The notes: a model not told the origin generated them from the letters alone. Numbered from the stretch's first letter, positions 1-53,105 are shown. The stretch is DNA of 64,000 nt from Hydrolagus colliei (GCA_035084275.1 CM068765.1:5146001-5210000), one strand, 5' to 3'. Made by a program: numbers and translations.

Positions 1-706
1 TTTTCAGTCGGGAGGATGTCCCAAGGTGCCAGACACTTAAGGGTTAGTCTGGTGTATAACCTCACACACTGGAGGTGTGTTGGCAGTGGGGGTTGATATG
101 TTTTCAGCAGAGCGTACCATAATGTAGTTTTTTTTAAATTGATTGGCCATCAGCAGGCGGGACTTGATCCCGCCTGTCCAGGAAAGTGGTCTGTTCCTCA
201 GTATCTCAGGACTGCCATTTTGTTTGACCCTCAGGTCACGCCTTTCTGTCTGGTGAATGTTACGCCCCATGTTATGTGTGTAAATTTGTGTTAATTGTAT
301 TGCGTAAAATTATGTTACGTCGAGCTGTTAGTTCTCTTACTTTTTTAATTATATATTGCTTGCCGTTGACCGGCCGAAGCTGTTGGGCCTCAAGACTCTG
401 TCTCGGGCAAAAAGTTCCTTCTTTTGATCTTCCGTTGTGGTCCTCTGCATGTCCCTTGCTCCCTCTGCTCCACAATTGGCAACGGTACGTTTAGCCACTG
501 TGCCAAATGCCCTTGGATCCACTTGCCTCAATCCCTCCATCCCACCCCCGTCTCCCATCCACCCACCCTTTGCCCATATTCTGTCAGAAGACTTTCCTCT
601 TTGACCGCGTCTTTGTTCACCATTTTCTGGCTCACTATGAAGCCTCGGTGCTGTTGTGTGGAGTTGATTTGTCTATTCAATCACATGCATTTGATTCTTG
701 TTACAG

Positions 707-39348
<38,642 letters not shown>

Positions 39349-39359
39349 ACGGAGCCGCC

Positions 39360-39391
<32 letters not shown>

Positions 39392-39392
39392 C
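39360..39392. repeat. (AG)n microsatellite just after the stop codon
   Basis: Seen directly. Confidence 0.9.
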
Positions 39393-40012
39393 GAGGACTT
39401 CGGCAGATCACAAACGTTCCTTCGGAAAACGACAAAAAAAAAATTTGGAAGAAAACGAATCACCCGAAGAGAAAAAAAAGGCTGAAATCGTCTCCGCGTC
39501 ACAACATTGTAACCTCATTGTGCTTTTGTCACATGCGCGTCCGAACCTGGAGCGGCACAGAGCTGGAGCCCGACATTCTACCCTCCCCCCGCTGGCGCTA
39601 CCGAAGAAAGCCCTGTGAATCTTCAACCTCCCCCAAACCCCCAACCTTACCCTCTCTCCCACCCCCGCCCCCCTCTCTTCAGCCTACCCCCCCACCGACC
39701 CACGTCCTCCCCCTCCCTCTCCCCCACCCACATTGCTCCTCCCAAAACCTCCCACTACCTCCGACCCCCCACATCAGGAACCCCACAGGAGAATTCTCAA
39801 CAGCAAAACAGTCGCTCTGCTCCTCCCCACTGCCTCGATTGCACTACAAGGCCATCTCCCAACATGAATGGTGCTAGATACCAACACGGCCTGTATGTAG
39901 CAGCTGTGTTGACATTTCCTGAAGGCCAGTGTGTGTTGTGGGGAGTGGGGGGGGGATTGGGGGAAAGGCAGACCATTACTGCATTAGATCAACCACCACC
40001 CCGTCCCCTGCT

Positions 40013-40018
40013 AATAAA
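40013..40018 (+). terminator. Candidate proximal poly(A) signal AATAAA
   Basis: Hexamer with T-rich downstream sequence. Confidence 0.35.
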
Positions 40019-40253
40019 GAAGCCTTTCCGTTTGTCTTTCTCTTTCGAAAGCGCTATTTTTTTTATTTCTGTATGTTTGTAAGTAAATACTATAATTGTA
40101 TATTATTTCCTAAGCCTGACTTTGCAGCTTTCCAGCTTCCAACTTGCATGTGACTGGGTATGTAGGAGGAGAGCTCTGCCCTTTTTCTCTTGGTTCCCAA
40201 TGTTCGAATATATATATATATAAAAAACATATAAAATCTGTTACCTGTGACCT

Positions 40254-40259
40254 AATAAA
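40254..40259 (+). terminator. Candidate middle poly(A) signal AATAAA
   Basis: Hexamer match. Confidence 0.45.
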
Positions 40260-41790
40260 CCTTTTGCTCTGACAAAAAAAAACACCAACACATTGGCTCT
40301 GTATAAACCCGCCCGGCTTGGCCCAGCCTGGCGCACACTGCTTTTGCTCACTGTCTATGCAGTTTGCATGTTGTACTCACCTGTCCGCACAGCCAACCCA
40401 TTCTGCCAACACGCCATACCTGTCGGGGGCAGGGATGAGGATGGGTGGTTTGCTCTGTTCAGGGTCTCCCCACCCACTCATCCCCTTTCCCCCACCGCCT
40501 GTCTCCTCTCCACCTCTCCCTCACCCCCTCTCTCCCACCCACCCACCCACCCACCCACATTCTCCCTCTACCCCTTACCCCTCCCTCCCCCCTCTTCCCT
40601 GCAACCCCCACACCCACACACATATACATGTACAATGAGGGTAGGACATGAGAGTAGGAGATGCCGGTTCCCAGGGGACACACGACACTGACTGGAAATG
40701 GTGCTATTTTAACCTTTGTGTCTGTGGTGCTATCTAACCTTCCTTCATTTTGCCCCAGTGATCGCCTCCCTCCCCAGGCTTCCCGCTGACCATGCACACT
40801 CTAGCTTTCCTCCGGACAGACTTAGACAATTGGGTGCTAAGCAGCGTGTTTAGAATGTTATGCATGCTTTCGGTTCACACTCATATAATAGTTCAGTATC
40901 TTATCTAGGAACAACTTCATTAATGTAGCTTTGTCAAAGGGCCCTGGTGAAGTGTATTTTGAAGTTATATCTCTGATGACATGGTAGACTAGGCAGGTAT
41001 TCACTGATATAAGGCTGGATGCGCGTGGTGCTAATTTATGTTTCTCATCTCCGTTCTCAGATGAAATCTGACTTCACTCAACTTTGTTTGTTTGTTGAGA
41101 TCTGTGTTTGCTTTAGTTATTGTGGGATTGTGGCCCACCCTCTGCTTTCCATGTTGTGTTGCTCTTTGCCGGCAATGTGCTGTCACATCTCCCTCTTTCT
41201 CTGTAGTTCCCCCTGTGAGATTCCCTCTCCCAACCACCACCTCCCAGTGGCTGGCACAGTCGCTTCTGCCGCCTTGAGTTTGCACCGTCCTGTGTGTTGA
41301 GCAAAACTAGCTTTCTCACTTGTCATTAGCTATGTGTCTCTTATTTCATCCTGATCTAATTCCTCTTCTCTCATTCTCCCTCTTTCTGATCCCCCACCTC
41401 TCTCTCTTTCTTTTTCTCTCACTCTCCCTTCCACCCACCCACCCTCCTTCCCTTCCCTCCTTCCATTTCATTTTTTCTTTCATGTCTTCCTCCGTCTCTC
41501 CCCCCACCATCACCCCCTCCTCCCCCACCCCCCCCCCCCGTTTGTTTCGTCTCAGTGATTAAGTCCCCATTTGCTGCACCTGTAACAAACCAAAGCCTTG
41601 TGTTTGCATAGAGAGAAATCTTTTGTAATTTTATTTTTCGTTAGGAAAGTATGACTTGAACGTAAAATATTGTTAATGAGAAAAACTGTTCGGAGGAAAA
41701 GCAATTTTGGGTATTTGTTTTATTGGCCCAGACTTTTTAAGGATCATTATATTCTGTCATGTGACGTATTGTAAATGTTCTGAAGACCCC

Positions 41791-41796
41791 AATAAA
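41791..41796 (+). terminator. Candidate distal poly(A) signal AATAAA
   Basis: Hexamer after an AU-rich tract with TGTA motifs; repeats resume shortly after. Confidence 0.6.
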
Positions 41797-42028
41797 CGTG
41801 ATCATGAAAAAAAAACTAGTGCCTACAGCCTGTCCATTGGAGAGGCTACACAACGCACAGAGCCTCCAACAAGAGAGGCCGTCGCCTGTGCCCGACACCT
41901 CAGCGAGAGACTGAGAGACACTTCCCACGCTCGGGTTAAGAGATGATTTGGACCCTCGCTAATCCGGGCACTTACCCCTAAACTTCTGTTGCACAAACGG
42001 GTAAGTTTCCTTCAGTTTATATGTACAG

Positions 42029-42050
42029 TATATATATATATATATATATA
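42029..42050. repeat. (TA)n microsatellite
   Basis: Seen directly. Confidence 0.9.
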
Positions 42051-42520
42051 AATTTTAAAAAGGTTCCGCTTTTATAACCACTGAGTTTCTTAACACAGCG
42101 AGTGCCTTCGGTCGCTCCTACTCAACCCGCGAGCCTTGGTGTCTGGGGAATAGAGATGGGAGCTGTTTTTGCTTAGGATCTGACTTTCGGATGAGACCAA
42201 TTTGAGCTGAGGTTCCCTTTTGCCTGATCGGGTGGATGTTAAGGATTCCTGTGGCGCTATTTGTGTCCTGGCCAGCAAATCAAACCCCCCCCCCCCCCCC
42301 AAAATAAAATTTATCATACCCCCATGGCTGTGTGTAGGACGTTGCTGTGCGCAAATCAACCGCTGTGTTTCGCAGTATATCGAATGACGTCCCGATGATG
42401 TGTAAGGCACTATGTTGAATGCAAGGATTATTATTATTCAGTGTTAGTCAAGTCTCTCTCCATTGGCACATGTCTCTCTGTGCATGGTTTGCCTCCTCAG
42501 CTCTATGGGTGCTGGTGGCC

Positions 42521-42853
42521 ATTTCCCCTGGTTGGAGAAACTATGACTAGGGGGGTCACAATCCTAAGATTAGGGGGTCAGCCTTTTCGTACAGAGTTGA
42601 GGAAAAACGTCTTCACTCAGAGTGTAGTGAATGTATGGAATTCTCTACCCCAAAAGGCTGTAGATGTTCAGTCAGTCCTTGAGCATATTCACGACTGAGA
42701 TTGATAGATTTCTTATGGATAAAGGGATTAAGGGATAAGGTGGGTAGGTGGAATTAGATTCAAAGATCAGCCGTGAGCTTATTGAATCACAGGGCAGGCT
42801 CGAGGGGCCGAATGACCTACTCCTGATCCTAATTCTTATATTCTTATGTTCTT
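42521..42853 (+). mobile_element. CR1 LINE 3' end fragment
   Basis: FRTELRKNVFTQSVVNVWNSLPQKAV plus ggccgaatgacctactcctg and (TTCTTATR)n tail. Confidence 0.85.
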
Positions 42854-45800
42854 CTGTACCCGTTTGAGTGACGACTGTCCACATGCCAGGTCTTGGCAGT
42901 GAGTGTCGGCGACTCATTCCTCACAGCCAAGCCTGACCTCACCCAGATGTCACCAACATGTGTTGTTTGTATTGCTCGTGAGCTATTACGAGGGCAATAT
43001 TTGTGTCGCGAAGAAGCTGTTTGCGTTGCTAGGAAGCTGTTTCTAGGGGAATGTTTGTGTTGCTAGGAATCTATTACTGAGGATTGTTTGTATTTCTAGG
43101 AAGTTGTTTCTCTCAGCCTGTGACCAGGGTCTCTCTGTGCCTCCTTGGCCTCTCTGCAGCCATCCACACTGTCGACCCTTCTATCCTCCTCGGACTCCAC
43201 TTTTGCTCCATCTCAGTAGCTCTGCAAGATCCTAGGCCTAATTTGTACCCGGTTGTGTCCCATAAACATCTAAGCAGCCAGTGATATCTGTGGGATTGTT
43301 AGCCAAGACACCAGGAGAAACTCCCTTCTTATTTTGAATAACCTCCAGCTGACGAGGGACCTTTGGTGTTAACATCTCAATCGAAAGTCTCACGTCGGCA
43401 CCTTCAACACCGCAGCCCTCACACAGCATTGCTCTGGAGTGTCAGTCAGCCTGGACTTTCAACAAGGCCTAATGAGGTGAAGCCTGTGATCAAGATAAAC
43501 CTCTCGCTTCCCTTTTCATAAAGCACCGCATCATTATAGCGACTTATCACGTCAGAGCGTCTCTAAGGGTTTCACGGGTAATAAATCAGAATCCGAGAGG
43601 AATTGAACCGTCAGCGGGGCCAGCAGGACAACACAACTGTCAGCTCCATCATCGCTGCCTGCCGAGAGCTGCCCTAGGTCAACCTCTGCATCCACGGCGG
43701 CTGACAGCGTTCGATACCAACCTGACGCCCACAGTAGTCCGTCCGCTCTGACCAGCTGAAGCACTCGGACACGGTTCCGGGACGTTAAAACCAAACTGGG
43801 TGTTTTTTGCATGGAATTCTGCTTCCGTCTGACTTGTCATGGCTGCCAGTGGCCTCAGGGTGACGCCCCATAATCCTCTCACAGTGAGACCCCTCCACCA
43901 GACCACAAACCCCCACAACAATAACAGCTCACATTTATATAACACCCTTCACACAGGGTAGAGACCCGGAGTGCTTACCAGGCTCCAAAGAGCACGCACC
44001 AGGACCCAACTAATCTTAGCCTACAGACCATTTTGTTTCAACAACGATAATTAATTTCATTTGCATCCATTAATAATCATTAGTGTTGGTACAGCAACTC
44101 TCTCTCACATTGGAAGAATGTCTCACTCTGCTTGAGACCGTGAAGTGTAGCCACATCCCACATACAGCCATCAAAGGTATGAGAAATTGCCTCAAAGTGC
44201 TTCACAGAGACGGAGTAAGAGACCGAGGAGATGGGAGATAGGGGAATGATGTGGGGGTTGGGTGGGTGGGTGGGGAGGGAGGAAGCGATGATCACAGAGG
44301 TAAGGCAGCGCCAGGTGAGTGGAGAACGTTTAAAGCCGCTTTCGCGTTGCAAGTCACGGCCCTTTATAAGGTGACAGGAGGAATCTCTCAGGTTCTGCGC
44401 CTCAGCGAAAACAAAAGTTATTTTAATAAAACAGAAAACACATTTACGATTCTGTTTTACCTGATGGTTTGGGTTTTAAATGGCTCCAGTTAGTCTATTC
44501 TTGCTAACTCGCTCACTGTGTGTTCGCTATCGAGCTGTCCAGTCACATAAGGGATCTGGGAGTGAGCGATGGCCCCAGTTATAGGTCCAACATGCTCCGC
44601 TCATTCAAAGCTGCTTGGAAACAGATGAAACAGCCATGGGGTGTGTGTGACACGCTGTCCATCTGGAGAGCAGAGGCTTAAGTGTAGGGACGCACTGCTC
44701 CTGTCTTGGCATCGAATGCCAGGCTGGCGTCAACACTGCCGGTCACCGGGGGCCCGGCATACACTGTGAGAGACAGGCTGCTATCCACCCAGACATAGAC
44801 AGAGCCTAACCGCAGAGCGACCACCCGCACTGGCCACCCGAGCAGCGAGGAGGCAAAGGAGGGGTTATCCACCGAGTGGAAAGGTCAGCCCGTGGCACCT
44901 GCTCCGTATAACGCATCGGTTTGTCCGCAGCTGGAATGTTGGGTCGTTCGTTTGATGGCTCGTTTGTGGGACATTGCTGTGTGCGGGTGGGTTGCTGTGT
45001 CGACGCACACACATCCTGTCAAGCACTAGAAAAATGAAAGAGAACGATCAGGGAATTGGTATTAGCACATACTAGGATTAGGGCATTGAGGATTAGCTTC
45101 ACTAGAGCAGCGAACCCAACACAGATACACAGTGGGTGGCAACAGATGGCTCACTTCGTCCTGTGAGCAAGGTTTTGGTGATAGTCTTGTCTAAGACCAG
45201 AACAAAATGGTCTTCCAACATTTGAATCGTCTCCCCACCCCCGCCACCCCCACCTCCCCCAAGACCGATCGACCCTCAACCCCGAAAGCCAAGAGGAAAA
45301 AGGTCTCTCAAAGTGATCGGAGGTTCTCTCTCCCAGTGTTAAAATGATCGCTCACTTCAGTGGGCTGTGTGGGAGAGCGTTGCCGTGTGGCTGCCGCATG
45401 CGCTCTACAAAAAAACGGTCGGTAATTGCTGCAAGTTTGCGACTTTGCGAACGGGAGGAAAAGCTATCAAAATGCAAATGGTTTGTGGTGGAGCCGGAAT
45501 GGCCCGGGTGGTCGCCACGGAAACCACTTTGGCATTCGATTTTTAATGTGTATTAATGATGAATTATATCCCCGGCGCCTGGCGATGGTCCTCGGCAGCC
45601 GATCTCCACTCAGGGCTGGTTCCCAGGCTGTTTTAGAGGGCGAGGAGGAGCACTGCTGGCAGGAGAGGACCCGGTAACTGTGGCAACCGTGAGCCCTGCC
45701 AGAGTTAATCTCTCATCTGTGGGCAGCCCCCATGTTGCTGAGTGCAGCAGCCTGAGAGAGAACAAGAGAGAGAGAGAGCATGAGAGAGAGAGAGAGACAG

Positions 45801-46779
45801 GCCCCATCAACCCATCACAGCCATTGATTGGTGTCACCCATTAGTGGCATAAATCAGCCCATATAACTGATGGCAGTACATTTGGAAGCCATCTCCAAGT
45901 TCCCGCTCTCACATCGGAGACTTTGAGCCCACTGTCTGAGTAACATGTCAGCGTCTGTCACAGTCACAGTCACTACGTCAAAAATGCCTGAACACGAGAT
46001 CAGTGTCCAGCGGCCACAATTGCGGAAGCGTGTGGGTTCCAGCTCCGTGTCGGAACTTGGAATCTTACCCGAGTCTAAACTGATGTTCCAATAGAGCGCC
46101 TGGTGTACTGTTGGAGGTGATGTCCTCTGGATGAGGTGTTCAGGTGGATGTTAAAGATCCCACGGAAACTAATTGAAAAGAGAAGGGAGTTTCTCCGTCT
46201 CTCCCAGTGTCTTGCCCAACAATCCCCCAGATAAAATTGGTCACTCACTCCATGGCTGTTTGGACATCGCAGTGCGCAACCGCCTGTTGCGTTTGCATTT
46301 AATCACTACAGTCACTACATTTTACAATTCTTCCCTCAGCGCCACCCTCTCCCCATCCTCCCCACTATAACTCTGTAACCAACATTGCCCAACCCGGCCA
46401 CTCAGCAAATTGGAAACTTTAATTTCCTCAGACATCTCTGTTCAGAGGCTGTTTGGAGCAGGGCTTGTGTGTGTACAATTTTAGTGCAATAAATATGGAA
46501 AGTGTGAGCTGCAGATGGCTCCTAATTCATCAGTAATTCAATTCAATTCAGCTCCTAAAGTGAGCTGGAATGTAATAGAGTTCCTCAACCAGCAGATTAG
46601 ACATGTAACACACTCTGGTATATATTTAAGTATTAGCCCGGCTCGATCACTCTCACTTTCTCCTCGGTGTCTGAAGGTTCAAGCTCCACATCAGGTCTAT
46701 GGACTGACAGACTTGACACAGTGCAGCAATTGTCAAGGACAGCATGGGTTAGATACAGAGTAACACACTCCCTCCAGAC

Positions 46780-47096
46780 CAGAGGTTCTCAACCAGGGGA
46801 GCATGTGTCCCAGGGGGTACAAAATTACTTCCAGGGGGTACAGGTGGCGGTACATTGATTTATTTAGCTCTCTTATTTAGCGTTTTATAGCCTTACAAAT
46901 TGTATATTTGTTATTCCCCTTGTTTTGTATGTGCTAGTTATTTTGTTATATAAGTAAAGCTTGGTCAATGCAAGTGGAATGAGGGCTATGTGTGCATGTG
47001 GTGTATATACGATGTGTGTATATGGTTGGGTGGGGATACACGATAATATTGAAAATTAACAAGGGGTATATTACTGAAAAAGGTTGAGAACCACTG
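46780..47096. mobile_element. Non-autonomous hAT (Charlie-type) MITE, copy 1
   Basis: TIRs cagaggttctcaacc / ggttgagaaccactg; flanks ctccagac / gtctagat; body is the reverse complement of 54334-54673. Confidence 0.85.
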
Positions 47097-47664
47097 GTCT
47101 AGATTGTTTGGCCACCATACTAGGTGTCAGTTTCAGCATAGGTTAGAGACAGCAAAGCTTTCCATGTCTGTGCACTTTCACAGGCAACAAAGAAGGTGAA
47201 AAGCATCCTGCTCCTGATTAATATCCAGCTATTAATCAAATGTAAGGATTATTATTATATCGATGGGTTTGAAGGCAGCTGAGCAAGGTGAGGACATGAG
47301 ACACTGTTTACAGCAGCAGAAGAACAGACTCAGGAAATGGTTTGTTCAGCTAATAAATCATCAAGTGGGGAGAAATTGCTCGGCTTACAGTACATTCCCA
47401 GAGCTCAGCCTCACCGCCATCCATCACTCTCTGTGGTAGGGTCGCTATCAGCTGGTGAGGAGTGTCGCTGTCAGCACCTGGTCTATTGTTCTGCATCTGC
47501 ATCCCCCATCCCCACACCCCCACACGGCTGCTTAACCTAACGCACAAACACTGAGGAAAACCCCCCACTCTCACCATACCCAAAGCTCAGAGGCAACAAC
47601 AACAATAACTTATGTTTACATAGCGCCCTTCACGCGTGGAAGTGTCCTGGAGCGATAAAAAAAA

Positions 47665-47966
47665 AATAACAAGCCTTGCAGTTGATATAGTGCTTTTCAT
47701 GTCTTCTAGACTTCTCAAAGAGTACACAGAGTATATACAGAATATACTGTAATGTGAATTGACTATGTTTGTGGGCGAAACGCGACAGCCGATTGCGCAC
47801 AGCAGTGGCCCACAAGCAGCCGTAGATTGAAATGACCAATTTATTATTATTTTTTTCCGAGGGATTATTATCAGGCATGTGGAGTGACGAATCACCCTGC
47901 CTGGAATTGAACTCCGATCTCTCGCTTGCAAGGCGAGTGCTCTAACCACTGAGCTCCAGGAGCCCA
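47665..47966 (-). mobile_element. tRNA-headed SINE family A
   Basis: Reverse complement of 55522-55860. Confidence 0.8.
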
Positions 47967-50684
47967 CAAGCACTGTACACCAAAGACCCCCCAAATTGCA
48001 CACACTCAAACTAAGACCCCAAACCACACCATGCAGATTTTGTCTTATCGTTTAAGACGGCATGAGATTGTGGAAAATTCTTAAATTCAGTCTTAATACG
48101 GAAGTCGATTTTCTGCAGTTCTTAAACTACTGTAATAATAAGTCCATAATCCTTGCATTTGGATATCATTTGACATTGCACTTTTAGGGAGGACGTCTCT
48201 CAAAGTGCTTTTTGTGTAAAGTGCAGAGACTATATAAGAACGTAGGAATAGGAACATTCAGCCCCTCCAGCCTGTTTCACCGTTCTATTAGATCATGACT
48301 GATCTGTACCTCAACTCCAATAAATAATAATCCTTGCATTTGATACAGCGCTTTTCACGTCTTCTAGACGTCTAAAAGCTCTTCACAGAATATACTGTAC
48401 TGTATATTCCTCCTGCTAGGAATTGAACCCAGGTCTCATGCTTATGAGTTAGTGCTCTAACCACGGGGGCAGTTGGGCATTCACTCTGCCTGGCCGAGTG
48501 GGGACAATATTAAGGTGAAAGACGGACTGAATGGCTCTCTGAAGGTAATGGTCTTTGCGCAAGTAAAACATTAACTGCAACAAACACGCCTGATCTCTCT
48601 TTCCTGTTTGACATCATTTAGCTTTAACCACAGACACATCACAGGACAGGACACCTGCCCCGGAGCTGACTAGAGTCTTCGCTCCATTAGGCATTTTACT
48701 GCTTTCTAAATTGTCCTGACAGTTGCAGAGAATTCCAATCATTCTCGCTTCACGGCGCAATGTTGGAGGGAAAGTGTGGATTCAGCTCTTAATCCTTCAC
48801 AATAACCTCAGGCTCAGCGGTCACAAAAGGTCTCTGACAGACGCACAGCAAATCAGCTCAGCTTAGAGTAGCATTCAGTTATAAGTGTGGCCAATCGACA
48901 AGCCTTTTATAATGCAACAAAGACATTTCGCCTTTCGGTATTCCTGGTAAATAATCGCCCGCCCGTAAAAATACAATCACACCACTTTACAGTAAATCCC
49001 GCGAAAGGCTTCGTGACGTCCTCCTGACATGAAAAGCACAGAGGCAAATGTATGGATTATTATTATTATGTTATTACAGTATTATGAATATTGTTTTTAA
49101 AAGGCTGACTATCCTCCTGGGAGGCAGGGGGTGGGTGGGGGGGGAAGTGTCTCCTGGTGTCCTGGCCGACAATCCCCCTTGATTCAAAAGAAAATTGCTC
49201 ATTCAAACTTTATCGGGTGATATCCTTGCATTTGATAATCTTGCTGGGTGCAAAATAACTGGCCACAGACTTGCTCGCCGGTGTGAAAAGAGGGATTATT
49301 TATCAAGGTTTAGTGAGGAGGAAACTGCTGTGCGTGTAGTTGTTGGTGACCTGACCCTGCGCACTGATCGAGAGAGACGGTTTGACAGGCAAATCTTTCT
49401 CCAGTTCCAGCTGGCGCGGGAAGTGAAGGAAAAGGACACCGGTGAAGGAGGGGAAGGGAGGGGAGGCGAGAATAATGCAATGCTTGGATTGACTGAAAAA
49501 GACTAGAGGCATCAATTGGCACAGTCACTTCTCAAAGGATCAGCAGATACTCAGCGGGTGTTGAATCAGCAAGTCCCAGTGAGGTTTGCAACACGCTGTG
49601 ATAGATATACACAGAGCACAAGTACCAGGTAACACCAGACTCATCAGAACCAGAGATCTGCTTCCAGGAAACGTATCACTTCCCCACCGCAAATGAGCAG
49701 GTGTCTGCTATCCAATTCAGTCCCCTGCTGCCTCTGTAGCCCTACTCATGTGGGGTGGTCACCTGGGCGGGGAACTCGAGAGCACTTGTGGACAAGGCCC
49801 CGTCTCAAAACTCTTCCTCTTCAACCGTGCCTTTGGTCACTCTTCTTACTCCTACCCTCCCTACGTTCCATTCCTCCTGATCTCAACTCCCCCCCAGCTC
49901 AGATGCAAATCCTTGAGTTGTCCAGTGCCTTGGGACATCCTCCCGATGTGAAAGGTGCTCTAAAAATTTCATTTGTTGGGGTTGTTGTTGAACCCATGGC
50001 CTTTCGACCTAGGGGTGAGAGGCTTACCAAGTGAGCCAGGCTGACAACACCTTCTCAGAATCCTTTTCCACGCTATCTCCATTGACCTAGATCGCCAGCT
50101 GTTCATCATAACTAAACCTTGTGGCCCGAGGGTTACTCTCTGGTAGATGGGAAGCAAAGAAGTGGAGACCCGCAGGAGGCTACAGCGAGGGGAGATGTAG
50201 AGGCTATATCTGAATGAGGATCAGAAGGTAGGTCCCAAATCTCAGCATTAATCAGTGTAGTCTAACCCAAAGCAACCAGAAATACACGGCGTTTCTCAGA
50301 CAAAATGCCCTCAGTTTATGGAAAAGAATACAATCATGCATGAAATTGAATGAAACGTCTTGAGCCTTTTAAAGATATATGCGAGCTGTAAATTTCACAA
50401 TTCATCTTAACATTATTAAGCAGATTATTGCTGGAGAGACATATTTAATGTTCATATCCGTTGATAGTTTTTTTTCCAAAATTACTTTAATTAGGATTTT
50501 ACGCAGATTTAGTATTTTAGCCTCTCGCCTCAGGGACCTGTTGAACTGCACAATATTAATCTTCACATTGATTTCAATGCTGGACTGTGAGGCGTTGACT
50601 GTGTCTGCGGCTCCAGGCGGGCAAGACATAGCTCACTCTGCGGCCAGTCCAGACATAGAGGCAGAAAGCCATCATAATCACCAT

Positions 50685-50860
50685 AATCCTTGCATTTGAA
50701 AGCATCTCATCATATCCTTGAGCCTTCTCAAAGCGCTTCACAGAATATACAGTAGTGTAAAGTGAATTGACTGTGTATTTTGTGGGCGAAACGCGGCAGC
50801 CAATTATGCACAGCAGGATCCCACAAGCAGTTGTGGATTGAGTAACCAAATTATGAGTAC
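50685..50860 (-). mobile_element. SINE family A 3' half
   Basis: Reverse complement of the shared tail. Confidence 0.75.
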
Positions 50861-52829
50861 ATTTCACCTATTTTTGAACGGATTACTACTCCCAGAAAGC
50901 AATCTGCCAATCGACTGAAATCAGATAAGTACACCTAGGTCTAGACTGACTCGATTCGTAAGGTCACCATCTACAAACACACAGTCGCTACACTTTTACA
51001 GAAAAGCCCCTGAAGCACTTTGAAACGTCCTCCAGTCCAGAAAGGCGCCGTGATAAATGTAAGGATTATTATTATTTACTTTATTTTATTTCAGCATGTC
51101 AAGGATTCGGAAATTTTAAAATTCTGAAACCATTTTGTTTCGTATGGTGCTCTGAAGAATCTGTAGAAAACCGTTTCAAAGTTAATTTGAAATTGAACCA
51201 AATGCTGGATCCTGTGAATGGAATAAATATAGAACATCCATCAACGAGCCAGAGTGATGGAGGTTGCTGGAGCTGGAGATGGGACTGCGGAGATGCTGCT
51301 GAAAGTCAAACAAAACAACTTCAGTTTTGCTGACATACATTTGTTGAAAGAGATTTGAGGTTCACTCAGGACCTGATGTCTGACAGGCAGAAGATCAATA
51401 GTACTGGACTAAGAGTTGATTTAAACAGCTCATGGCTAGAACTCTAGAGAGATGGTTTTAGAGAAATGATTGATAGAGTGTCTGACTGTTTATACTGTAG
51501 TTGTGTGTGTGTGTGAGAGAGAGAGAGAGGTAGGCATGTTACAGGTGCTCTCGAGAGATCTTTACACACGCCTCTGTCACACTTGATGTTAGTGTTTTTA
51601 CAGCTCTTGTGAATCGATGCGCAGCCAAAGGTGAGGTTGTGTTTCGCAGCTTGTTCCCAAGAGAGTGATCATCATAAAGAATAGATAACACTCTCACTGA
51701 GTGGAGGGAAAGATGAGGTAAACTCGACTGGCTAACATGTTTAGCTGACATGTTTAACGGAATTGAGCCAGGCCTCTGTGCTAGTCTTGTTAGTCCAGTC
51801 CCTTAACCAGATGCAGTATCGAAAGTCTTCAATATTCCAGGGCACTTAGGATGTCCTCCTGACATGAAATGTAATTTTTTGTTGTTGTTGATGATGATAG
51901 AACAGCAGCCTGGCTTATCGACCCAGGGATAAATCTGTCTGATAGACAAATCTATCTCTGGAATTTCCATGTGTAGGTTGGGATGCATGGAATTCTCAGT
52001 TTGGTTTGGATGCTCTTAAGCGTGGCAATGGGGTTCTCAGGGATGTGATGAGGCGCTGTATCAAATGCAAGCATTATTATTATTATTACTACGACAACTT
52101 GCATTTATACAGCGTCCTTCAGGCAGGACGGCATCTCAGAGAGCATATCATATTATTGTCATTATAAGCCATTAGCAGTATAACGCAGCACATCCCAGCA
52201 TGGCCTCACTGTTACACTTCCTTTCATTGGCAAAGCCAGAGTAGACAATCAAAGACGTGTTTCTGAGCTATAAATGATTTGGGAAGTGGACAAAGGCCAA
52301 CAAACGGCATTTACAATCTTGTCTCATGCAAAGCAGATGGTTTCAGCCTCGGGATTGACATTAACCTCATCGCTATAATCGTTTGGAAGTGAAGGCGATA
52401 GCACGTGCTATTGGCGGCTGGCTATGCCAGATATTGCCGGCAGTTCCAGATGTTGATGCCAGCTTCAGGTGCTGTCCTTCAATTCCGGTTCCAATTCATT
52501 ATCATCCCAAATCAAGCGGGAAATGGTTCCTCCGTGGGTTAAAGTCCCACAACAAGCACGAATCCCCAATCATCACGTCGCCAGGAGGTGGTCTACCCAG
52601 TTGGCATGTCCCCATCTGTGTGACAGCAGAGCTCACAATCATTGGCCAACAGTTAGAGAGCTTGTCCTTCACAGCTGGTTAATATTACATCATTAAATGC
52701 AAACGGGAGGCTTAAAAAACATTGCAGAAGAATGGAAGTGTGACGGATCATAATCAAGTCATTATCCCAGATAAATCCCTCATCCGAGAGATCATCCCAG
52801 TGGATTTGACCCATTTGAGACATTAAACT

Positions 52830-53105
52830 GGGGTCCAGTCCGCCTGCTCAGTTAAAGATGCTGTGGCACCATTCGAAAAGAGAAGGAAGTTTCTCTCTCC
52901 TGGTGTCCTGGCCAACAACCTCTCCCAAATAAAATTGGTCACTCTAGCCATGGCTGTTTGTGGGACACTGCTGTATGCATTTGTGCTGCTGCATTTGCCT
53001 GCAAATACACAGTCACTTTGTTTCACAGTAAATCCTGTAAAGAGCTTTGAGATGTCCTCCCAATGTGATAAGGCGATGGACCAAATGCAAGGATTATTAC
53101 TATTA
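52830..53105 (+). mobile_element. SINE family B 3' part
   Basis: ggtgtcctggccaacaa core, gcaaggattatta tail. Confidence 0.65.

Larger units (their letters stand above)
39869..41033 (+). promoter_or_regulatory. miR-29 target cluster: TGGTGCTA at 39869, 40699, 40725, 41026; GGTGCTA at 40833
   Basis: Exact 8mer and 7mer-A1 matches read from the sequence; miR-29 regulation of collagens is established. Confidence 0.8.
39349..41815 (+). other. Inferred 3' UTR of the collagen gene
   Basis: No interspersed repeats recognised after the stop codon; contains miR-29 seeds and ends near the distal AATAAA; end position inferred. Confidence 0.65.

Noticed and set aside
44678-44763. Minus-strand terminal-exon-like segment (YAGPPVTGSVDASLAFDAKTGAVRPYT*)
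   Set aside because: No recognisable homology, upstream partner exons or poly(A) signal.
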